The notes below the pieces were generated by a model, which saw only the letters and a program-made list of their open reading frames with translations, was not told the DNA's origin and searched no databases. Source: Oligoflexia bacterium (lineage in GTDB: Bacteria; Bdellovibrionota; UBA1018; CAIMNF01). Taken from it: a DNA stretch of 64,000 bases. Each line of letters begins with the position of its first letter. Within the stretch, counting starts at the first letter, position 1. The stretch lies in NCBI GenBank assembly GCA_903831745.1, contig CAIKYX010000103.1, positions 2,668 through 66,667 on the forward strand, read 5' to 3'. The position numbers and the translations under genes were made by a program. Positions 19,269 through 28,999 of this stretch are shown one piece after another.

Positions 19269-19787
19269 CTAGCCCGAGGCCTCATTCTGCTGCGGTACGG
19301 GCTCCAAATTCTCTTGTGAAAGCCTAAGCTTGAACTGGGGATGGTATTTGCCACTCGAGTGTTCGTTACAGCAGGCAGCGCAAGCCGCAGCTTTCAGGCG
19401 CTTTCTGACCCAGATTTGCTGAGTGCAATGATCACAGACATAACAATGCTTAAACGGACGATGCCTGGGCACTGGATTATAGCGACTGACTCCGAGCTCT
19501 TCCATTTTCTTATGAAAAGCTGAGTTATGGCCATAGGGTTCGCGCATCACCCACAACCAGTAGTGAATCATCTCGTGGCCCATGGTATCGCGAATCAGCA
19601 GCTCTGCATTTTCTTCTTCCTGCAGATAATCAGCGACTTCGATGATGGATTTTTTTCGAGAGGGAATGAAGCGACCGGCAGTCGTGCGAAGACGCGGGTT
19701 CCAGCGAATCTCCGGTATCGGTAATTCGCCATCGAAGGCCTTGAGGTTCCACTCCGTGAACATCCTAACCAAATCTACTCTCTTCAT
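19269..19787 (-). CDS. SprT-like zinc metalloprotease domain protein
   Basis: HExxH motif (MGHEMIHYWLW) plus a C-terminal Cys-rich zinc ribbon (CDHC...CAACC). Confidence 0.7.
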   Translation of the reverse strand: MKRVDLVRMFTEWNLKAFDGELPIPEIRWNPRLRTTAGRFIPSRKKSIIEVADYLQEEENAELLIRDTMGHEMIHYWLWVMREPYGHNSAFHKKMEELGVSRYNPVPRHRPFKHCYVCDHCTQQIWVRKRLKAAACAACCNEHSSGKYHPQFKLRLSQENLEPVPQQNEASG

Positions 19788-19858
19788 CCTGAGATCAGGA
19801 TAAGCGGCATTTATTTATTAAACAATTATTGTTTATTTGGCGGAAAAAGAACGGTTCT

Positions 19859-22330
19859 TTAAACCGAGAAAAATACGCGGGTCGAGCCGGTGGTTCCGGC
19901 ATCCTGAAAGCGCGCCACATAATTGGTGCCCTTGAGCGCCGTGCGGATTCCTTCTCGCAGCGCCCCTGTGCCCAAACCGTGAATAATCGTCACTTCAGCC
20001 CTCCCGGCGCGAAAAGCACGGTCAACGTAGCTTTGAACTTCATGTAAGGCTTCGTCAAGACGTTGACCCCGAACATCGATTTGCTCTGGAACATGCCCCA
20101 CCGACTCGGTTTGAACCGAGATCTTACCCACGGTTTTAATTCCGACCGCTTGATTAGCGGAAGTCTTTGCCCCTTGCACCGTTCGAAGTTCACGCTCGCT
20201 TAAAAGTTCCATTTCGATGGGATAAACACTGACAATAAAGGCTTTTCCAAAACCGGTAGTCTGATTCAGCCCGAGCGCCACCTTGCCACGCTTGCCGTCC
20301 CACTCGGTGATTTGTCCGACACTTTTCCATTTCGGTACCCGAACCCAGGAACCTTTTTCGAAGGTGGGAGCCGCCTCGGCGACTTCATCCGTTTTGGCCA
20401 GAACTTCATTGAACTCGGGCGCTGCCTCAGACACCGCCGAATCAATTCGCTTCTCGCCCTGCTCGAACGAGTCATTCAATTCGCGGCGAATTTCATCAAG
20501 CCCTTTGTGACTCTTGGTCGACTGAATTTTTCTGACCGTCTCGCGAACCTCGATTTGGGCAAGTTCGAGCACGTGTTTGAGTTTCTGGCGGGCCTTCTCG
20601 ATCGAATCCTGCACTGTTTTTTGAACTTTTTCTTCCCACTCGAGTTTTAACTTTTCAGCTTCTTCACGGAAGTGATTGGCTTCGGCACGGGCTTTTTCTA
20701 CTGTACCCAGTTGGGATTGAAGCTGCTGAAGCACCGACTCGAACCCCTGATGTTCCTGACTGAGAAAACTTTTGGCCAAATCGAGAACGGCCTTGGGCAT
20801 TCCCAACCGTTCGGCGGTTTCGAGTGCACGAGAGCGCCCCGGTGCACCAAATACCACGCGGTAAGTGGGATGCATGGTTTCTTCATCAAATAAAATACTG
20901 GCACTGAGCACCCGTTTGTTGGTCACCCCCATGGCTTTTAGCCTAGGATCATGAGTGGTGGCCACCAAAGTTGCGCCTTCGACCGCAAGTACGGTTTGTA
21001 CAAATGCAAGCGCGAGCGCGGCACCTTCTTCGGGATCAGTCGCCGAGTTCATTTCATCGACGAGCACCAGACTGCGCGGCCCGATGTTTTCGAGAATGCG
21101 TTTCATCTTCGCCACATGGCCCGAGAAAGAAGAAACGTGCTGTTCGATCGATTGCGGATCACCCAAATCGACAAAGAATGAATCGAAAAACGGAACGAGC
21201 AGTTTTCCGGTACCCGGGTAAAAGAAACCGGTTCGTGCGGTCACTGCCGATAATCCCAAACTCTTCAGTAATACCGTTTTTCCGCCCGTATTCGGGCCCG
21301 ATAAGAGAATCATCTGCTGGGGAGCATAGAGTTCGAGTGTATTCCGAACAATTTTCGACTCTTCGATATTCCAAAACAAAATCGGATTCACCGTATCGTG
21401 CAATACCCAATGCCGCTCGGGACTGAGCGTAATAGGTTTTCCACCGTAACGCTTGGCCAGACGGGCACGGGCTTGAACCGCGTCCCAATAAGAAACGAGT
21501 TGCACTGAAGCGGCGATTTGAGCCTGGAGTGGATGCAGCTGCTTCGAAACGCCAAGCAAGATCATAAAAATCTCTTCGGACGCTTCGGCTTCGCGACGTC
21601 TGAGCTGGGTTTGAAGCTGTTCTACTTCTTTAGGCTCGATAAAAACGGTCTGCTTGCTGACTGAAAGTTCGGCCACCCGACCTTCGACTTTGCTTTGGTC
21701 CGAAACTTTTACCGGCAACACGTAATGCCCATCACGGACATCGGAATATTTTTCCTGAAGCACTCCGCGCGATGCGTACTCGCGAGTCAGCGATTCCATA
21801 CGAGAAGAAATCTCTCGTTTTAGCTCGCGTGTTTGAGTCAACAGCGTATGTAGTTTGGGAGAAGCCTTTTCAGAAATCTCGCCGGTCGGAGTCAACACGC
21901 GATCTAGAATTCGAATCCCTTCGTGTGGATCAAAAACCTGGGCCAATGCCTGCTTGAAAGTCTTGCCGGCAAGTTCTTTTGGAAAATGGTTCCAAGCATC
22001 AAAGCAATACAGCCATCCCCGAAGTCGCGCCAGTCCGGCGACATCGAGCACTCCGGCCTTTTCTAAACTCTCGAGTTCATCGTGAATTTCTTCGAGTGAT
22101 CTGAGCGGACCCCACAAGGCCTCGCGATCGACAATGGTATATACTTCCTGGGTTTCGAGCTGTAGTTCTTGCGCACGCTCGGGAGTACTCGCAAAATTCT
22201 CAATTTGATTTAACTGCTGGATTTTAAGTTTGCCGTAGGGTGTACGTGCTTCTTGGGCGGCGTAAGTAAGAAACTTCGACCAATCCAGGTCATCCAATCG
22301 TGCACTGACCGTATTGTCATGAAGCGCCAT
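19859..22330 (-). CDS. mutS2: endonuclease MutS2
   Basis: MutS ATPase Walker A LSGPNTGGKTVLLKSLG and a C-terminal Smr domain (IDVRGQRLDEAL...TIIHGLGTGALR). The start is uncertain, 22330 or 22408. Confidence 0.9.
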   Translation of the reverse strand: MALHDNTVSARLDDLDWSKFLTYAAQEARTPYGKLKIQQLNQIENFASTPERAQELQLETQEVYTIVDREALWGPLRSLEEIHDELESLEKAGVLDVAGLARLRGWLYCFDAWNHFPKELAGKTFKQALAQVFDPHEGIRILDRVLTPTGEISEKASPKLHTLLTQTRELKREISSRMESLTREYASRGVLQEKYSDVRDGHYVLPVKVSDQSKVEGRVAELSVSKQTVFIEPKEVEQLQTQLRRREAEASEEIFMILLGVSKQLHPLQAQIAASVQLVSYWDAVQARARLAKRYGGKPITLSPERHWVLHDTVNPILFWNIEESKIVRNTLELYAPQQMILLSGPNTGGKTVLLKSLGLSAVTARTGFFYPGTGKLLVPFFDSFFVDLGDPQSIEQHVSSFSGHVAKMKRILENIGPRSLVLVDEMNSATDPEEGAALALAFVQTVLAVEGATLVATTHDPRLKAMGVTNKRVLSASILFDEETMHPTYRVVFGAPGRSRALETAERLGMPKAVLDLAKSFLSQEHQGFESVLQQLQSQLGTVEKARAEANHFREEAEKLKLEWEEKVQKTVQDSIEKARQKLKHVLELAQIEVRETVRKIQSTKSHKGLDEIRRELNDSFEQGEKRIDSAVSEAAPEFNEVLAKTDEVAEAAPTFEKGSWVRVPKWKSVGQITEWDGKRGKVALGLNQTTGFGKAFIVSVYPIEMELLSERELRTVQGAKTSANQAVGIKTVGKISVQTESVGHVPEQIDVRGQRLDEALHEVQSYVDRAFRAGRAEVTIIHGLGTGALREGIRTALKGTNYVARFQDAGTTGSTRVFFSV

Positions 22331-22751
22331 GTTTTTTAAAATAACATGAAAGCAATTCGAGCGCACTTCGCTGAGGTTCAAATCCAAGAGCCTTTTTCGC
22401 TTCTTCAAACGAAACCCATTTACAATCCGTGTGTTCTTTCGGATCGAGCGTAATCTTCGGCTTGCTACCCTTCAGAATTAAACCGAATGCATGTTCCTCG
22501 GCCTTGCCCCACCGGCCTTCGAAGGAATACGAAAAATCGAGATCGACCCAGGTTCCAGCGTCTTCTGGTATTCCGGTTTCCTCGCAGGTCTCGCGTTTTG
22601 CCGCAACCAACAGCTCCTCGCCTTTTTCGACTCCACCGGTAACCGGATGCCATCCTTCGCCCCTTTTCGGAACGAGTTTGAACATCAGGTAAGACAGTTC
22701 TTCATTTTTGCTGATACAGGCGATCCAGACTTGGACTTTTTTCTTACTCAT
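22317..22751 (-). CDS. NUDIX hydrolase
   Basis: Nudix box GGVEKGEELLVAAKRETCEETGI. Start ATG 22751 overlaps the MFS stop. Confidence 0.85.
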   Translation of the reverse strand: MSKKKVQVWIACISKNEELSYLMFKLVPKRGEGWHPVTGGVEKGEELLVAAKRETCEETGIPEDAGTWVDLDFSYSFEGRWGKAEEHAFGLILKGSKPKITLDPKEHTDCKWVSFEEAKKALGFEPQRSALELLSCYFKKHGAS

Positions 22752-24000
22752 GATGCTCGAGAAATCCCAGATCGCGTCCAAAAGTCTCTTTCAGCTGAAA
22801 AGCAGAAAAAATTGCGATCAAGGAAACCACGACCCCGATCACCAGAGCCGAGGTCGAAAGTCCGAATGATCCCTTGGCCATCAAGAAAAAGAAATTCATC
22901 GGTACCAATGAAAATCGGATGAAGTTGGGCACGCTCGTCGTAACGACTCCGCGCATGTTGGTACCGAATTGTTCGGCCGCCATCGAAATAATTACCGCCC
23001 AGTATCCTGCGGTTACCCCCAAGGTAAAGCAAATGCCATAGAGATAATTTGCCGAGACCCCCTGCAACCCGAACAAGTAATAAAAGGAAGTAATGAGATT
23101 CAGGACGATGAAAATGCGAAGCACCCGATTACGACTCTTCATCAACTGAGACAGGAACCCGCTCGCGAAGTCACCAAATATAAAACCGCCATAAGCGTAC
23201 ATCACCGCTTTGGCCCCGGATACCGCGTCTGCAATACCGAGCGAACGCGCAAACTCAGGCGCATTAACGATCAGAATTCCAATGACATACCAGATCGGTA
23301 CCCCCGCAAGAATACAATAAATAAAGCGGGTAAACCGACTCTTCGAAGTAAAAAGCTGAAGAAAGTTTCCGCGACTGACCTTCGATTGAGAAACCTGTTC
23401 GAAAATATGAGACTCCGCCACACTGATCCGAAGCAAGAGAAGCAGAAAGCCCAAAAGCCCTCCGATCTTAAATGCCAATCGCCAATCAAAGGTTTGAGCA
23501 ATCCACCCTCCGAAAACGGCCCCCGAAACTCCTACAGTCGCAACCAGCATGGTTCCGTAGCCGCGAAGCCCTGCGGGCAACACTTCCGAAACCAGTGTAA
23601 TGCCAGCACCGAGCTCTCCCGCAAGGCCGAGGCCCGCAAAGAATCGGCAAAATGCATATTCCGTAAAAGTTCCGGCGTAGCCGTTTAGTAAATTGGCCAC
23701 CGAATAGAGAAAGATGGATCCGAAAAGAACCGAGAGGCGGCCTTTGCGGTCGGCCAGCACGCCCCAGATAATTCCCCCGATCATCAGACCGGTCATTTGG
23801 ATATTGTTCAGGGTGGCGCCGAACTCGAGTTCGCGGCCCGCAAATCCGATATCCTTTAGACTTGGAATCCGAACAATACTGAACAAGAGAAGATCGTAAA
23901 TATCAACAAAGTACCCGAGGGCGGCCACGATCACCGCTGCATTCAGGATGGAAATTTTTTGTGAGCGAGCTGAATTTGTCATTTGCCCAGCATCGCTCAC
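22744..24000 (-). CDS. MFS transporter
   Basis: 418 aa, about 12 predicted TM helices, MFS signature-like GVLADRKGR. Confidence 0.8.
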   Translation of the reverse strand: MSDAGQMTNSARSQKISILNAAVIVAALGYFVDIYDLLLFSIVRIPSLKDIGFAGRELEFGATLNNIQMTGLMIGGIIWGVLADRKGRLSVLFGSIFLYSVANLLNGYAGTFTEYAFCRFFAGLGLAGELGAGITLVSEVLPAGLRGYGTMLVATVGVSGAVFGGWIAQTFDWRLAFKIGGLLGFLLLLLRISVAESHIFEQVSQSKVSRGNFLQLFTSKSRFTRFIYCILAGVPIWYVIGILIVNAPEFARSLGIADAVSGAKAVMYAYGGFIFGDFASGFLSQLMKSRNRVLRIFIVLNLITSFYYLFGLQGVSANYLYGICFTLGVTAGYWAVIISMAAEQFGTNMRGVVTTSVPNFIRFSLVPMNFFFLMAKGSFGLSTSALVIGVVVSLIAIFSAFQLKETFGRDLGFLEHHE

Positions 24001-24018
24001 AAAATTGAAACTGAAAAG

Positions 24019-24924
24019 TTACTTTTTAGGCGCTTCGGCGGCTGCCATTTTCGGAGATTTTTGCTGATACTTTTTGTGAACCAGTACAAAAATGTCATCA
24101 CCGGGCTTGGTTAAATTGAAATAGTCGGCAGGATCAATTGAACTTCCGACCACGTCTCCGTTACCCGCACCACCGGCGCCATTTCCGTTGCCGTTACCAT
24201 TGGCGTAACCGCTGCCATCACCGTTTCCGCTGCCGTCACCGCTGAATTTCATTTCACTGGTATCGCCCGGATTTACCGAAATATCGCCAGAAGCACCGCC
24301 ACCTGGTTTATCAACATGGGTATAAACGCCTGCAGAATTTGGACCACTTGCTTCTGGATTTCCAGCGGCTTTATCGCCTGATGTGCTTCCGAGATTGCCG
24401 CCGAGATTACCTCCACCGCCACCGCCACCCCCGCCACCAAATGCGCCGCCCAGATTGCTCTTGCCGCCCGCTCCGGTTAACGGATTAAACGCTCCCGCGC
24501 CATCACCCGAGGCTCCGCCCGCGGTGTATCCCGAGGTTTGCGCGTGTGGATTATTCGGATTCACTTTCGGCGGTGTTTTCGTTCCGCCGGTACCGTTGGT
24601 ATCTGATCCATCCATGTTACTGACTGCAGCCAGCACCTGATTCGCGAGATTCAAATTTCCGCCACCCCCGGTTTGGGCATCCGTCTTGGTGGTTTGCAAG
24701 CCCTTACAAATGTCGGGCGCCGGATTCGTTGCATCAAAATTCTTCGCAACACCGTTATCGCAACAAGCAGAATAAGCGGGAGTGTTTTCTGCGATCGGAA
24801 CCCCATCCAACCCCAGACAGACCATACCAAACTTCGGTACGACCGGACTTTGAGTGTTTGCATAAATATCAAACGCCATCGATTTTACTGGCATTACCGC
24901 CAACAATAAAATTAGTTTTTTCAT
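24019..24924 (-). CDS. secreted glycine-rich protein
   Basis: Signal peptide MKKLILLLAVMPVKSMA, an N-terminal Cys-containing segment, then long G/N/S-rich low-complexity sequence including a G9 run. Confidence 0.6.
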   Translation of the reverse strand: MKKLILLLAVMPVKSMAFDIYANTQSPVVPKFGMVCLGLDGVPIAENTPAYSACCDNGVAKNFDATNPAPDICKGLQTTKTDAQTGGGGNLNLANQVLAAVSNMDGSDTNGTGGTKTPPKVNPNNPHAQTSGYTAGGASGDGAGAFNPLTGAGGKSNLGGAFGGGGGGGGGGNLGGNLGSTSGDKAAGNPEASGPNSAGVYTHVDKPGGGASGDISVNPGDTSEMKFSGDGSGNGDGSGYANGNGNGNGAGGAGNGDVVGSSIDPADYFNLTKPGDDIFVLVHKKYQQKSPKMAAAEAPKK

Positions 24925-24944
24925 AAATAAATCCCCCCGATTCA

Positions 24945-26435
24945 TCAATTACCCGTAGACGTGTCTGTAGCCACATAACTTGCTGTGATATTCGGAGAGC
25001 TATCTCCGTCGCTATCCTCAAGCTTGTCGCACACGTTTGCATCATTGGTACTGGTTTTCTGACGACAGATATCGACCCTGATTTTCTTTTCGATTACGCC
25101 CGCAAACCCATAGTAAGGTGAATAAACCGAACACGATTGGGTTGGCCCTGCATTGCTCGAGAAGATACAAGCAGTGGGGTTAACCGAAGGATTTGCACCT
25201 TTTGCATCACTTGCAAATTCGGCTCGGTATGCCTTATGCCCACCACCGCCATCGAGAACTTCGTTGTCACCCGATTCATCGAGTGTTCCCATCGTCTTGC
25301 CGTCGGTCATGCACGAACCGGTCACTGCAGCAGCAATACGATTTGAATACATTTTGTACATCGTATGACCGTCAGGCTCGTACCATCCCTGAAGTACGGT
25401 GATTGGGCTGAGCAACCCCACCACCGGTTCGATATGTTTGTGGTTTAAGGCAAAACCTCCGCACATTCCGCTTAACGCATTCATGTCTGTGTCGCCCGCG
25501 GAATCCGAAACAATCGGAGATACTTTCTGGTCATAAATGCTTTGCGCTTTGGTGATCACGCCCGCAACCAAAAGGTTTCCAACGGTACCGCTATTGATGA
25601 GCAATTCGGCTTGCACCAAGTTACAAAGTCTTTGCGCCGGGTCAGTCACTGCCATTCCGCCGTTCAAACACTTATTCACCACATCCGTCGCGCTCGTACA
25701 ACTTGCCTGCGAAGCCGCATTCAAGCCTGCAATTGCATCCGAAAGAGTTTTAAGTGCAGTCGCAACCACAGCCGAATCCGCACTCGAAATATTGTCACCA
25801 ATATTCGAAAGGTCTGGCTTGATCGCACTCACCACATCGTGAGCGGCTGCTTTAATTGCAAAGATATAAGCCGCATTCATATACGCCATCCACTGCGTAC
25901 CATGCGAGTTATCGAATTTCATATCGAGGTGAACTTTCGGATCGAGATTCTCACCCCATCGGGACATTCTAAAATGCGGCTTCGTTCCGCAACTCGCTTG
26001 CGCTCCCAAAATTTGTGAAGAAATTTCAGAATCTTTCGGAGGGTTAGTCGAAGTCTGAACTTTCTGTCCGACCACACTACACACCGGTGCATTGGTCGGG
26101 CTACTTCCCATTGCGCCTTGGGTGCCCTTTACGCCAACATCTTTGGCAGACTGGCTGATATTTTGCTGCTTATAATAAGCGGTAATTTTCTGAGAGAGCT
26201 GATCAGCCAAGCCCTTCTTGATGGCATCCCGAATGACGGAGCACTTCTGAAGGATCGCCGGACAGACCGAACCGCCGCTCGCGTTTTTAACCGAGCCATC
26301 CGAGCCTAAACAAGGAATGTTGATCGTGGTACCCGCCCCGGTACTCGTGTTGGTACTCGTACTGGTTTGCGCCAAAGTTTCGACGCTCGTACATAGCAAA
26401 CAGCAAAAAATGAACCCCTGGATTGCACCCCTCAT
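24945..26435 (-). CDS. secreted cysteine-rich hypothetical protein
   Basis: Signal peptide FIFCCLLCTSVETLA, an ST-rich linker, and 14 Cys in the mature part by my count. Start is 26435 or 26465. Confidence 0.6.
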   Translation of the reverse strand: MRGAIQGFIFCCLLCTSVETLAQTSTSTNTSTGAGTTINIPCLGSDGSVKNASGGSVCPAILQKCSVIRDAIKKGLADQLSQKITAYYKQQNISQSAKDVGVKGTQGAMGSSPTNAPVCSVVGQKVQTSTNPPKDSEISSQILGAQASCGTKPHFRMSRWGENLDPKVHLDMKFDNSHGTQWMAYMNAAYIFAIKAAAHDVVSAIKPDLSNIGDNISSADSAVVATALKTLSDAIAGLNAASQASCTSATDVVNKCLNGGMAVTDPAQRLCNLVQAELLINSGTVGNLLVAGVITKAQSIYDQKVSPIVSDSAGDTDMNALSGMCGGFALNHKHIEPVVGLLSPITVLQGWYEPDGHTMYKMYSNRIAAAVTGSCMTDGKTMGTLDESGDNEVLDGGGGHKAYRAEFASDAKGANPSVNPTACIFSSNAGPTQSCSVYSPYYGFAGVIEKKIRVDICRQKTSTNDANVCDKLEDSDGDSSPNITASYVATDTSTGN

Positions 26436-26482
26436 AAAATCCCCCTTCTTTAAGGATAAGAGCATCTGGTATACTGGGCAAT

Positions 26483-26944
26483 ATGAAAGTGTTTTTTAAA
26501 CTGTTGTTATTAATTGGCATCATTATTTCAGTTGAATCTTTAGGCGACCTTGCCCGGGCGGACGAGCCTAGCCTATTTGAGCAAATTGCACGTTCGGACG
26601 GCTCAAGATCGGCGGCAGAAATCTCACGCACCTACGTCGATCAATCCCGATTGCGAAAAGTTCAAGAGACTTCGAGGAAGCTAAAATCGGAAGCCGAGGC
26701 TCGCGAAAAAGTCACGATTCATACCCCAGAAAAAAAGAACCCGTACGCCGAATCAGATACTCCTCCGCAACGTGCCGGAAAAAGACCCGAGGGCGAGGGT
26801 GAAAGTCCTAAACGAATTTCATCGGATGACCATCCCCGTGCACCCCGCGAATCGACTTCATCGAGTTCGAAAGCTTCAGGCCCGCACTCCACCGCGGTAA
26901 ACCCGGGTGAAGTGCCAGACGAAATTATTTTCTCAGGTGAATAA
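26483..26944 (+). CDS. secreted, largely disordered hypothetical protein
   Basis: 153 aa with a signal peptide and charged, low-complexity sequence. Confidence 0.45.
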   Translation: MKVFFKLLLLIGIIISVESLGDLARADEPSLFEQIARSDGSRSAAEISRTYVDQSRLRKVQETSRKLKSEAEAREKVTIHTPEKKNPYAESDTPPQRAGKRPEGEGESPKRISSDDHPRAPRESTSSSSKASGPHSTAVNPGEVPDEIIFSGE

Positions 26945-26949
26945 GCGAT

Positions 26950-28971
26950 CTACTTCAGGGTCAGATGCTCTTTTGAATAGCTCAGCCAGTCCTGCATGAT
27001 ATTGATCGACTCTTGAACGAGTGGATTCTTCAACCAAAGCTCTTGGCGGCCTTTTGCCGTAGTCGCTTTTTCCTTACGATCCTTACGTTTGTCTTTTTCC
27101 TTGTTCGAGCGCTGAAGAATGTCAGCAACTTTGATCCAACCTTCGTTTTTCTTGGCCTCATCCAGATCTTTCTGAATGTCCTTAAACTCTTGATTGGCTG
27201 CTACCCGTTTTGCTGATTTTTCTTTCAGCACACCGACGACATCGGAAGAAATCGGCTTCCATATTTCGGCTGGGTTCTTCGACTGGGCAGCGTCGAGTTG
27301 AATGAAAGGCGCTGTCTTTGATGGTGGAAGCGCATAGTCCGAATACTGCTCGCCCATATCATCGGTATCGAGGAAGGTAGGCAGTGCTACGTCAGCCGAT
27401 ACACCGATATTCTGAGTTGAATTGCCCCCAGGAAGGAAGAACATCTGGGTAGTCAGCTTCATCGCACCTAAACCTGCAGGAAGCTGATTCAAAACCTGAA
27501 CACTTCCTTTTCCGTAAGTGTGGTCACCGCCCACAATCAGTGCACGCTTATAGTCTTTCATGGCACCAGCCAGAATTTCTGAGGCAGACGCGCTTTGACG
27601 AGTGGTCATCAACATGAGAGGCCCGTTGTAAATGATCTTGGCATCTTCATCCGCGAGAATTTCGCGATTCTTCTTCTCATCCTGGGTCGCTACCACCGGA
27701 CCAGTCTTGATGAACATTCCTGCGATTCGAACTGCGTCCTGCAACAATCCGCCACCGTTCGTAGTCAGATCGAGAATGATTCCATCGACTTTCTTGGCAG
27801 TCGCTTCTTCGACGAGTTTTTTCAAATCCAAATAACAATCGCGGGCGTTCTTGTCTGAACCGCCATAAAAAGAAGGCAGATCGATCAAACCGATCTTGAA
27901 GGTCTGATCGCCCACTTTACGAGTTTGATAAGAGATTTTAGCAGCCTGCTCTTTCATGTCCACCTTGTCGCGAACCAGAGTGACATTGAAAGTCTCGCTC
28001 TTCGTGCCTTTCGAACGAACCACGGCCAAGGTTACTTTCGTGCCCTTTTTTCCGCGGATCATTTTAACCACATCCGAAAGATCCATATCAATGATGTTCA
28101 CGGCTTCTTTTCCGTCTTGCGCAACCGAGATGATCTTGTCTTTAGGCTCGAGCGCATGGGCGCGATCGGCACTGCCGCCAGTAATGATTTCTTGAACGGT
28201 CGTGTACCCATCATCAGAACTGAGCGACACACCGATTCCTTCAAGCGAAAGATTCATATTGATTCTGAATTCGTCCAACTGTTCGGGTGAAAAATAATCC
28301 GAATGCGGATCGAGTGCATGCGCAAACGACTCGGCAAACAGATTGATCATTTTTGATGAATCCATTTCTTTCGTGCGCTTTACCGATAAGTCATAGCGCT
28401 TGGTCAATTGCTGCTTGGCCTTATCGAGCTTTACGTCACCCGCCATGATGGTCGCGACCTGAATTTGCATGGCAGCATCCATTAGTTTTTTCTTTTGCTC
28501 GAGATCTACTGCATAATCGCGCTTTTTGGTGTCCGATTGATACTTGGTGTTATCATCGAGCTTAAAATCGCCTTTCAGGCGCTCAGCAACAATCTTTGCA
28601 TTTTCTTCTGCCCGGGCAGTCAGCGTCGACGCAATTTGATTCAAAGCTGCGCAATTTCCGTTCTTCACGGTATCAAAAAGATCCATCAGCTGCTTTTTAG
28701 TCTGCTCGACGTCCTTTTTATAGAGCAACTGCTTGTTCGGATCGATAAACTTCATGAACAGCGCGATCGTATGTTCCTTTACATCCTTGTTCAGCTGATT
28801 CACTGAAAAGTGGTTGCTCAGAAACACACTCATCAGCGCTGGGACATTATCGCACTTCAGCGACTGGCCTGCAGAAGCAGAAGCCCAGGAAGAGGTGGAA
28901 AGCGGCAGAGCCGCAAGAGAGAGTATCGAGATTTTTTGAATCAGGCTTTTAACTTTTGCAGAGTGAATCAT
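26950..28971 (-). CDS. S41-family carboxy-terminal processing (tail-specific) protease
   Basis: 673 aa with a signal peptide and a PDZ-like region. Catalytic Ser context TRQSASASEILAGAMKD and GDHTYGKGSVQ. Confidence 0.85.
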   Translation of the reverse strand: MIHSAKVKSLIQKISILSLAALPLSTSSWASASAGQSLKCDNVPALMSVFLSNHFSVNQLNKDVKEHTIALFMKFIDPNKQLLYKKDVEQTKKQLMDLFDTVKNGNCAALNQIASTLTARAEENAKIVAERLKGDFKLDDNTKYQSDTKKRDYAVDLEQKKKLMDAAMQIQVATIMAGDVKLDKAKQQLTKRYDLSVKRTKEMDSSKMINLFAESFAHALDPHSDYFSPEQLDEFRINMNLSLEGIGVSLSSDDGYTTVQEIITGGSADRAHALEPKDKIISVAQDGKEAVNIIDMDLSDVVKMIRGKKGTKVTLAVVRSKGTKSETFNVTLVRDKVDMKEQAAKISYQTRKVGDQTFKIGLIDLPSFYGGSDKNARDCYLDLKKLVEEATAKKVDGIILDLTTNGGGLLQDAVRIAGMFIKTGPVVATQDEKKNREILADEDAKIIYNGPLMLMTTRQSASASEILAGAMKDYKRALIVGGDHTYGKGSVQVLNQLPAGLGAMKLTTQMFFLPGGNSTQNIGVSADVALPTFLDTDDMGEQYSDYALPPSKTAPFIQLDAAQSKNPAEIWKPISSDVVGVLKEKSAKRVAANQEFKDIQKDLDEAKKNEGWIKVADILQRSNKEKDKRKDRKEKATTAKGRQELWLKNPLVQESINIMQDWLSYSKEHLTLK

Positions 28972-28999
28972 ATTCAGTAATCTTTATCCTTTTTTGATC

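Noticed and set aside
24383-24640. An 85-aa Pro-rich ORF on the plus strand.
   Set aside because: It is the antisense reading of the poly-Gly (GGN) tract of the glycine-rich gene, so it is a composition artefact.
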